Positions 1-8,529 of a DNA stretch of 11,862 nt are shown one piece after another; position 1 is the first letter of the stretch; every line of letters begins with the position of its first letter. A program made the position numbers and the translations under genes. This DNA comes from Paraspadella gotoi (lineage: Eukaryota; Animalia; Chaetognatha): the NCBI GenBank assembly GCA_051294375.1, contig JBJCIZ010000077.1, forward strand, positions 35,884-47,745, given 5' to 3'. Under the pieces are notes generated by a model. It did not search any database, had not been told where the DNA came from, and worked only from the letters and a program-made list of their open reading frames with translations.

Positions 1-1104
1 AAACTTTTTTGGATTTTTTTATTTGAAAATCTATTTAGAGGGAAAAAAATTTTTAACAAAAATGTTTTTTATTATGATTAAACATACATGTTTCGACTTA
101 ATTTGCAAGTCTTTATCAGTGCTTATTTAGTTTTGATAGTACATAATTTTTTGTTTCACAAGTAAACAGTGAGAGAGATGGAGGGAAAGAGAGAGAGAGA
201 AAAATAAATGTTTCCAACAAAGAATTAAAAAAATGACAGTGGTCAGTTTTGAGGACAAGTTAAGTTTGAGCAGAGAGAAAGAAGGTGGTGAGTAAAAGAA
301 ATTGAAATTTGGCAGAGAGAAAGAAAGATGTATNNNNNNNNNNNNNNNNNNNNNNNNNCCACACACACAACACAGAGATTGTAAACAAAATTGAGTAAAA
401 CTCTTCTTAGTAGATTTCTTCTTTTGTTGTTGGATTTTCAATTTTTCTTTGATAGCGGTCGAGGATTTAGAGTCACTTGTATATTTTTCCTTCCAGAGCT
501 TTTTATAATGCTAATAATCATTAATTTTAATTATCCATTACTAGTTATATTACATTTCTTTTTTTATAGAAGATTTAATAAATACTCTTATCTCTGATAC
601 TCGCATCTCTTTCTGAGTTCACTGGTCAATGTTCATCGAGCTTACTCAAATAATAAAATTTAAATAATCAAATTAATTAGCATATTTCTGATAAATTTTA
701 TATTATCTTATATTGTTTTTAATAGTTGTTTATTTCTTTTTATTAATGGCAGCACTTTAATTTCTATACATTAAATTTATATTATATCTATTTAAATATT
801 TTTTTTACTTAATTTTATTTTAATAAAATTTATTTAAAGTAAAAAATTCATTAACAATTAAAAAAATTGAGGAGGAGAGGAAGCGCCGAACTCATATATT
901 CTTGTAATGTTGATATATATTGTTTTATGGACTTGCACAGTAGTGATCGCAACCATAAAAACTTTTTAGTCGGATCTGCTTATCAGAGTCGCATTATTTT
1001 TTTGATCCGGTCCGTGTCGGTGCTATCCCCCTCAATACTTGTCACGCGGCACGTAACTGAAGTCATATCAAGAAATCGAATATGATAAATTATGCAAAAA
1101 TGAT

Positions 1105-1167
1105 GTCCGTCTGTCCGTCCGACTGTCTGTCTGTCGTCCGTCCGTCGCGGGCGTCCCTCCGTCCGTC
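1105..1167 (+). repeat. (GTCY)n microsatellite of the HINE-like element
   Basis: gtccgtctgtccgtccgactgtctgtctgtcgtccgtccgtc... Confidence 0.9.
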
Positions 1168-1280
1168 GCCACCTTAGGCAAAAAACAACAATTACTCGTG
1201 ATTGGATGGATGGAATTTGAATAAAAATTTGTGTGTGGGTAGGGAAAGTGTGTGATTGGCTGGATATGAATTTCGAATGG

Positions 1281-1662
1281 TGTTTAGTAATATTTTAATT
1301 AGCCTACAATTTAGTAATTAACTTTCGTTCAAATTCTGTCTCTCTAAATTTTCTCAGTTCAGTTGATATTTCATAGATTCCCGGAACTTCAGCGCCCTAT
1401 TTTTGTAAAACATTTTGTCCAATAGACATACAACAAGGCGAACGATGAAGACGAGAGGGAGGCCGAGATTTAAGTAGCTTCCATTTTTAGATCTCAAGGA
1501 TTAAGACGCAATATTTTATACTGTTTTAATTTTCTAAAATACAACTTTGGCAATCTACCAATTATTTCAGGTTAACTTCAAAAAAACAATTAGACAGACA
1601 ATGCATAGTTCAGCTCTCTATCCGTCATCTTTTTGAGGGCCCAGACCACAGTTACCAAAACA
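1281..1662. mobile_element. Solo LTR, left copy
   Basis: TG...CA ends (TGTTTAGTAA...GTTACCAAAACA) flanked by the 4-bp direct repeat ATGG (1277-1280, 1663-1666). It interrupts a central repeat unit and is the reverse complement of 6195-6564. Confidence 0.72.
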
Positions 1663-2958
1663 ATGGAATCGTCCGAGTGGAAATGAGTTTTAAATGGAAA
1701 AAACAAAAATAATAATTCACTATTTGACACCAATTTTCTCATCCGAGTCGGCAGTGGAGCCGATTGAACCTGGAAATTTTGTATGGTGAGTAGGAACACG
1801 TGTGGTGATTAAACAGGAAACCAAGTTTTTGATGAAATTCCGTTTGACGTGACAATGAGTTTAATCGGAAAAAACAAAAAACCTGTTAACTATTGAATTA
1901 TGATTTTTTTCCTTTTATATTAAAATGTATATGCAGGATGTATTAATAAATCAAATAATTAATCAGCTAATTATCAATTAGTCAATTAATTAATCACTAA
2001 ATTATTATATCATGTCAATCAATCCGTCGCTCCGTCCCACCTAGCAAAAAGCCAATTCTGATTTAGGATGGTTGGATCGGAATGAAATTGTGTATGAGTA
2101 GGAACATGTGTGATGAAGCTGGGAATATAAGTTTCAACGAAGAATCGTGTGAGTGGATATGAGTTTAAATAGAGAAACAATAAAGTCGCATTTACTAAAA
2201 ATCTTTTTACTTATTTAACCCAAATAAATACTCTAATTAATCCATAAATTGGATGGTAGAATTGTTCAAATTTTTCGCTGTGTGGGCTAGCGAAAATGCT
2301 GTGACGAAGCTTGATATATAGCCTTTCGTACGAGTGGAAAATGAGTTAAATGAAAAAAAAAATAGTGAGTCACATTCCCCTATTGACTCTCTATTACATT
2401 ATTTTAACCCATAATAGATTGAGCCTGAAATTTTGTGCAGCCGGCCAAGGAACGTGTGCTGAAGAAACTCAGATATAAAAGTTTGACGGAATTGTGCCAG
2501 TGGAAATGAGTTTTAAATGGAAAAAATATAAAGTCACATTTACTTTAATTTTAAGGACATCGAATGAATGATAAACTGTATATAATTTTAATTAATTAAT
2601 TAAATATTAATATCAATTGAATTAATAACTTCCATTAATAATTTGTATTGGTGTGTTCGTGTAGTAGCCAAGTAGATTACAGACTTATGCCATGCTTTAC
2701 TTTGATAATCATATTTCATACCATCTGGGAAAAGTATTTTGGGTCTAAAGTAATCTCATAATTGGGAAATATAGTTGATAACGAAATTAAGACAATAAAA
2801 GAAATATATTGTTTATTTATCTTTAAAAATAAATTATAAGCAAATTTGATGCAGGATAATAAGCCTATCTTAATAAAAGAGATCATTTCTTTACCTAGGC
2901 AATTTCAGAAACACTTTGCTCAGTTAATCAGGCAAAATATTACCTAAGTTCACCCCTT

Positions 2959-3259
2959 AGTGAGAATTTGTATTTTTTCTGTGAGAATTTGTAATTTTCT
3001 GTGAGAATTTGTAATTTTCTGTGAAAATTTCTGGAGATAAATTTTTTTTCTAAATTTTCTACGCGGTAGTTCTTACTTAATTTGTATTGATTATTTTAAT
3101 TATTCAGACAGAAGGCCAAATTTTCATGGTGAAATGTAATTTTTTTCTGAAAATTTCCTGATTTCTGTGAAAATTTGTAAAAACTGTGTGAGAATTTGTA
3201 AAACTCATGAGAATTTGTAAATTTCGTGAGAATTTTATTAAAAATACAAATTCTCACAG
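2959..3259 (+). repeat. Array of ~19-20-bp repeats TGTGAGAATTTGTAATTTTC with one inverted copy at the end
   Basis: Copies at ~2959, 2980, 3000, 3020 and a second cluster at ~3128-3238. Inverted copy AAAATACAAATTCTCACAG at 3241-3259. Confidence 0.8.
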
Positions 3260-3327
3260 CCAATCAGAAAGTGGTGGGGGGGAGGAAGAGGAAGAATGCG
3301 AGAATTTTCTTATAAATTGTGTAAGTT

Positions 3328-3386
3328 CAGGGTTGTGGAGCTGGCCATTTTTTCTTCAGCTCCAGCTCCAGCTCCAGCTCCGACCC
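3328..3386. repeat. (CAGCTC)4 microsatellite forming a fold-back with upstream GGGTTGTGGAGCTGG; possible terminus of a DNA-transposon fragment
   Basis: CAGCTC x4 at 3357-3380. 3330-3344 is nearly complementary to CCAGCTCCGACCC (3374-3386). Confidence 0.55.
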
Positions 3387-3840
3387 TTTAAAGTTTAATG
3401 ATTATTGTTGCTTATATTTAAATTAGTCCTAATTTTATTAATTTACTTATTTATAACTTATTTACTTATATTTAAATAAATAATAATTTAATTAATTCAT
3501 GTATGAAATCATTTGATAATTCATTTATTAATAATAATTATGTATTTTTTTATATTTAATGTATGAGAACACGATTTGTACTTAAATGTAGACAAGGAGT
3601 ATAAGAGAGTATAAGAGAGTAAGAGATAAACATTTACTCCCCACATAATTAATAGTTTATTTACTTTATATAAAATAACATTTATCTAAAATTTTACTTA
3701 AATATTTTGATTATTCATCAGGATTTTACTATCTAGTTTAAGGCTCAGTATTTTATGAGTTATGCTGCATTGAATTCTGTGTCATGTGATCACCTTTTAA
3801 GGTGATCATGAAAAGTAGCATACTTATGCACGTTAAAGGT

Positions 3841-4140
3841 CTTTACCTTAACCTTACCTTACTATCTGACCCACCGACCGACATAAAAGGCGGCTACAGT
3901 TAGAGGAAGGGGAAGGTCTCACTCCCAATGCCAAGGAACCAAGGACAAACTTTAGCCCGCCTTGTCTTAAGGCAAGAAGAGGGCGGCCGGCAGACATATC
4001 AGGTCAGATAAAGTAGCCCAAGGCATTTTTCCAAGAGGTCCATTAAGTCTGGGAACTCAAGATCCAAATGACCTATGACATGCCAATGACCCGGTCACAT
4101 CGTCACTGCTTTCCTTTGTCCAGAACCGGGGGGCCCGCTC
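3841..4140 (-). other. GC-rich island ending (minus strand) in a (TAAGG)n-like tail; possible retroposon 3' end or SINE-like fragment
   Basis: Sharp GC rise over the AT-rich flanks. The minus strand ends ...CAGATAGTAAGGTAAGGTTAAGGTAAAG. Stem TATCTGACC (3863-3871) / GGTCAGATA (4002-4010). Confidence 0.35.
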
Positions 4141-4408
4141 TTTCTTCTCTTATTTTTTACTAACTCTCTTCTCTTTAATGTAGTTTATTGTTACTTTTAC
4201 AATTTATTATTTAAAATGATAATGTTTGCAAACTTAAATTGTTAATATATATTAACTTATCTCAACTATCTCTCTTTCTTTCTCCCTCACTCTTTAGTAG
4301 AGTGATATGAAAATGATAAATTTTAGAAAATTAAAATTTAGCATATAAAACGTGAAAATAAAAACCATTAAAAATACTTAAATAAATTTATTTTTTAATT
4401 TCATACAT

Positions 4409-4791
4409 TAGTGGGCACCAGTGAGCTACATTTATATATAGTAATAAGTATATAATGGCTAAAATTTCAAAATACAAATTTTTAAATTTTAAGATTGCAA
4501 AAAGTTAATATATGAAAGTATAAATCTTTTTTAAAAATTTTTTCATTAAGTTGGTCAAAAATCTAAAAAACTATATTTAAGATACCAATTTTTAATTTCG
4601 AGCTTGAAAATATAGTTTTTTATAATTTTAACCTACTTAATGACAATAATTTTTGAAAAAATATTTATATTTTATTTTAACAACTTTTAACAAGGAATCT
4701 GAATCTGTTCTCAGAATTAAAAAAGAACATTTTGAAATTTTGACATTATATAAGGGTAGTACTATATACAAAATAGCTGACTGGGCTACTA
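4409..4791. mobile_element. Fold-back (near-palindromic) MITE, ~380 bp
   Basis: Left end TAGTGGGCACCAGTGAGCTACATTTATATATAGTA vs reverse complement of right end TAGTAGCCCAGTCAGCTATTTTGTATATAGTA. Complementarity continues inward (TCATTAAGTTGGT / ACCTACTTAATGA; AAAAAACTATATTT / AAATATAGTTTTTT) to a centre near 4590. Confidence 0.78.
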
Positions 4792-5349
4792 TATTTATAA
4801 AAAAAAGAAAAATAACTATAGATTAGTATATTCACTAATATAATAGTTTTCAAGATATAACTGCTAAATTTTGATTCCAAACTTTCACTTCACCCTACTC
4901 TTTAGTACTTATTCTTAACCTGTCTTTAACCTCCCACTGTCTTTTTCTTTTTTTTTTGGAAACCTCTCTATCCCTCTTTCACTTTTCACACATGGCAAAC
5001 CTTATAATTTGTCAAAATTTTCACAAATGATTTATTAATTTTTTGCCGCTAATGAAGACTTAACATCTAAAGTTTAAAAATTTTCTTTTTTCTCCTTTCA
5101 AAAATAAATTTGTTTGCATACAAGAACGGTCTATCCAGTATCCAATGTTTTTGCGCCACAGTGACTTTCTTTTCATGTGTATTTCCATTGATTAGAAAAT
5201 TATTTAAAAACAAGTTTGAGCAAACAATGTCGATCTGCCTACGAAAATTAATTAATTAATTAATTAATGGATTATTTAATTAATTAATTTTAATATTTAA
5301 TAATTAATTATAAATTTATATACAGTTTATCATCATCGATGTCCTTAAA

Positions 5350-6690
5350 ATAAAGTAAATGTGACTTATATTTTTTCCATTTAAACTCATTTCCACTGGC
5401 ACAATTCCGTCAAAACTTTATATCTAGCTTCTTCACACACGTTCCTTCCCGCTCACAAAATTTCATCTCAATCTATTATGGGTTAAAATAAGTAAAAAGA
5501 GTCAAGTAAATGTGACTCATATTTTTTTTCATTTAAACTCATTTCCACTCGTACCGAAACTTTATATCAAGCTTCGTCACACATTTTCCTACCCACACAC
5601 AAAATATTTGAACTCATCTATCCATCCAATTATGATTAATTAGAGTATTTATTGGTTAAAATAAGTAAAAAGATTTTAGTAAATGCGACTTATGTTTTTT
5701 CCATTTAAACTCATATCCACTCACACGATTCCGTCGAAACTTTATATCCAGCTTCATCACACATGTTCCTACTCATACACAAAATTTCATTCGATCCAAC
5801 CAGCCAATCACGAGTTATTGGGGCTTTTTGCTAAGGTGGGACGGATGGACGGATTGATTGCACTGATTAATTAATTAGTGATTAATTAATTGACTAATTG
5901 AATAATTAGCTGATTAATTATTGATTTATTAATACATCCTGCATATACATTTAATATAAAAGGAAAAAAATCATAATCAATTAGTTAAACAGGTTTTTTT
6001 TTTTCCATTTAAACTCATTTCCACTCAAACGATTTCATCAAAACTTGGTTTCCTGTTTAATCACACACTTTCCTACTCACATACAAAATTCCAGGTCAAT
6101 CGCCCCATCCACTCATGAGCAATTGGTGTTCAAATAGTGAATTATATATTTTTGTTTTTTCCATTTAAACTCATTTCCACTCGGACGATTCCATTGTTGG
6201 TAACGTGGTCTGTGGCCCTCAAAAGATGACGGATAGAGAGCTGAACTATGCATTGTCTGTCTAATTAGTTTTTTGAAGTTACCTGAAATAATTGTAGATT
6301 GCCAAAGTTGTATTAGAAAATTAAACAGTGATAAAATATTGCGTCTTAATCCCTTGAGATCTAAAAATGGATGTACTAAAATCTCGCGCCTCCTCTCGTC
6401 TCTCTTCCTTTGTTACTTCTACTTTAGCAAATGTTTACAAAAATAGGCGCTGAGTTCCTGGGAATCTATGAAATATTCAACTTTGGAACTGAGAAAATTT
6501 AGAGAGACAGAATTTGAACGAAAGTTAATTACTAAATTGGAGGCTAATTAAAATATTACTAACACCATCGAAACTTCATATCCAGCTCAATCACACACTT
6601 CCCTACCCACACACAAAATTTTATTCAAATCCATCCATCCAATCACGAGTAATTGGTGTTTTTTGCTAAGGTGGGACGGACGGAGGGACG
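5350..6690. repeat. Central tandem repeats of the HINE-like element (~150-175-bp unit, 5 copies)
   Basis: Core CCATTTAAACTCATTTCCACT at ~5377, 5529, 5701, 6005 and 6161. Each is followed by homologous ...AAACTTTATATCCAGCTTCATCACACA...TTCCTAC..ACACAAAATTT. Unit 5 is split by the solo LTR. Confidence 0.88.
6195..6564. mobile_element. Solo LTR (370 bp) with 4-bp TSD CCAT
   Basis: Starts TGTTGGTAA and ends TTACTAACA (imperfect inverted ends, TG..CA). CCAT lies at 6191-6194 and 6565-6568. Removing the insert restores the repeat unit GATTCCATCGAAAC (compare GATTCCGTCGAAAC at 5727-5740). Confidence 0.8.
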
Positions 6691-6737
6691 GACGGACGGA
6701 CGGACGGACAGACAGACAGTCGGACGGACAGACGGAC
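6674..6737 (-). repeat. (GGAC/AGAC)n microsatellite = (GTCY)n on the minus strand
   Basis: ggacggacggagggacggacggacggacggacggacagacagacagtcggacggacagacggac. Confidence 0.92.
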
Positions 6738-7665
6738 ATCATTTTTTTGCATAATTTATCATAATTCGATGTTCTGATATGATATAAGTTAGTGCCTGAC
6801 AATATTGAGGGGGTGCACCGACGGACCGACAAAGTTAATTATAGAGTCGGGATCTGCTGATAAGCAGATCCGACTAAAAAGTTTTATGGTTGATCACTAC
6901 TGTGCAAAGTTTCATTACAAACAACCAGACATTACAAGAAATATACTGAGTTCGGGCTTCCAATTTTTTTAATTTTTAGATAATTTTTTTACTTTAAAAT
7001 AAATTTTATTAAAAAAATTATGTAAAAAAATATTTTAAATAGATATAAATTATTTAAATTTTAATTTGTATAAAATAAGTGCATTAATAAAAAGAAATAA
7101 ACAAATATTAAAAACAATATAAATAATATTAAATATTTATCAAAATATGCTAATTAATTTGATATTTAAATTTTATTATTTGAAGTTGTGAGCGATTGAA
7201 TCTTTAAGCCAGAACAAAATGGTAACTATTTATTCAATAAATTATTATTAAATCAATTAAAAAGTAATATGAACTAGGTAAGTAGATAATTTTAAAAATA
7301 ATGATTATTGCATTATAAAAGCTCTGGAGCTAAAAATATAAAGTTGCTTCTTACTGTCCTGCATCTAAAGAAAAGATTTAAAACATTATTTAATCAATAT
7401 TAAAAAAATCACTGGAAAAATATTTTTACCAATTGCTTTATGTAATAACTTCAGGAGTTTGCTTTGTTCAATTTTTAAAATTTGGGTATCCTATAAAATG
7501 GTCCATACTAAGCCAATGGATTTGGCAGAACGATGATGGACATGAGGCGGTGTGAATATACCGCCACAGGATCCCCGGGCCAAAACATCACTCAGGTTCC
7601 TCAAGCCTGAGAGGTGTCTGACAAGACTGTTACCAAAGTGGGAGAGAGTGACAGAGCGCGAGTGG

Positions 7666-7727
7666 AGGGGCATAGGAGTTTGTCGTAGCATACCCCAGGG
7701 GCATAGGCGTTTGTCGTAATGTACCCA
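7666..7727 (+). repeat. 31-bp tandem duplication
   Basis: AGGGGCATAGGAGTTTGTCGTAGCATACCCC / AGGGGCATAGGCGTTTGTCGTAATGTACCCA. Confidence 0.85.
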
Positions 7728-7849
7728 AAAGCAGCAAAAAAATATTGTTAACTCACTTAATCTTTTCATCACTCCACACTACTATACATGATCTAAAAAC
7801 ATTAAGTTTCACTGTGACACTATAAAATAATCAGTCCTACAGCATATAA

Positions 7850-8233
7850 AATGACGTAATGACATTAACGATGTCCGTGACCTAATAAAAAATTTAAAGA
7901 CATACAGCACGGAGAATGACGTTATAACGATATTGACACAATGAAAATGTCGCAATAATGATGACCGTTACCCAATAAAAAATGTTATTGCTATGCTATA
8001 CTATAATGATATACAGCACAAAAAAGAAGTATCGACTGATGTTGACCGTGATGCAACAAAATAAACCAAACATAACAAGTACTGAAAAAGACATACTAAC
8101 ATACTAACATAAAATGACATATGAATCTAAAGGACAAATGATTTAAAAAATGATAAGTATGACTTTGATATAATTGAATTGGGTAAATTGACTAACGTAA
8201 AAAAGATGTAAATAACCAATGACCAATGACCAA
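7850..8233 (+). repeat. Degenerate ATGAC-rich short-period repeat tract; resumes at 11706-11735 after the hAT insertion
   Basis: Many ATGAC/TGAC motifs; (CCAATGA)n at 8216-8233 continues as ATGACCAATAACCATGAC at 11706. Confidence 0.55.
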
Positions 8234-8398
8234 TAGCCTGGAGCGATGGAGCAGTTCTATGATCTTCCATCGAAAATCAGTTGCGAAACTGTCTTATGAA
8301 AAGTTTTGTCAAATAAAATTCATAAAAATATTTTTGGAACACAATAACAAAATCGATTTTATACAATATATGTATACAATTATTGATTCTTAACTGTC

Positions 8399-8436
8399 AT
8401 TGGCTCTTTCAGGTCACGTGACCTCCAAACACCAAT
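8399..8436. promoter_or_regulatory. Symmetric ATTGG-N7-AGGTCACGTGACCT-N7-CCAAT module (E-box between two inverted CCAAT boxes)
   Basis: ATTGG 8399-8403, 14-bp perfect palindrome 8411-8424, CCAAT 8432-8436. Function is inferred only. Confidence 0.45.
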
Positions 8437-8529
8437 CAGAGCTCTTAAATAACAAAAGAGTTAAACAAGAATAAAGATGACAATATTATTTTTATTTTCA
8501 GTATGTAAAATTGCAAGAATAAAACATTT

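Larger units (their letters stand above)
380..2665. repeat. Left arm of a ~2.2-kb inverted duplication (partner 5236-7442)
   Basis: Colinear reverse-complement match throughout, e.g. 1590-1680 vs 6178-6266, 490-520 vs 7301-7329, 2520-2585 vs 5317-5380. Differences are mostly small indels. The ends are fuzzy. Confidence 0.93.
963..2665 (+). mobile_element. DINE-1/HINE-like non-autonomous Helentron-type element, left copy (termini degraded)
   Basis: T-run followed by subTIR AGTCGGATCTGCT (968-980), a core segment, a (GTCY)n microsatellite at ~1105-1167, then ~150-180-bp central repeats. The 3' end is not cleanly recognisable after ~2665. Confidence 0.75.
5206..6880 (-). mobile_element. DINE-1/HINE-like non-autonomous Helentron-type element, intact termini
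   Basis: Read on the minus strand: TTTTT, then a 5' subTIR inside the hairpin AGTCGGGATCTGCT-GATA-AGCAGATCCGACT (6845-6875), (GTCY)n at ~6674-6737, five central repeat units, 3' subTIR GCAGATCGAC (5229-5238), short stem-loop GTTTG-CT-CAAAC, and terminal CTTGTTTTT. This is the canonical DINE-1/HINE layout. Confidence 0.85.
5236..7442. repeat. Right arm of the inverted duplication (partner 380-2665)
   Basis: Reverse-complement match to the left arm, including ~560 bp of flank beyond the HINE 5' end (6881-7442 vs 380-962). Confidence 0.93.

Noticed and set aside
127-1085. ORFs 127-441, 391-597 and 867-1085
   Set aside because: Low-complexity or N-spanning, with non-ATG starts, and not preserved in the duplicated arm.
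3700-3725. Hammerhead ribozyme core (CTGATGA on the minus strand); also the hairpin at 7540-7570
   Set aside because: At 3715-3721 no stem II or GAAA follows; at 7540-7570 both CUGANGA and GAAA are missing.
3841-3862. Telomeric TTAGG repeat
   Set aside because: The unit is TAAGG-like, with only about 4 imperfect copies.
5350-6200. CRISPR-like array of regularly spaced CCATTTAAACTCATTTCCACT cores
   Set aside because: Intervening segments are 130-280 bp and homologous to each other rather than unique spacers; there are no cas genes and the context is eukaryotic TE sequence.
1590-6832. ORFs 1590-1799, 3207-3398, 5683-5874 and 6587-6832
   Set aside because: They are translations of LTR, tandem-repeat or microsatellite DNA (LQLQLQ, SVRPSVRP), cross element boundaries and are frameshifted in the partner arm.
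7491-7772. 93-aa minus-strand ORF
   Set aside because: No recognisable motif; it is explained by local GC richness and spans a 31-bp duplication that is not a multiple of three.
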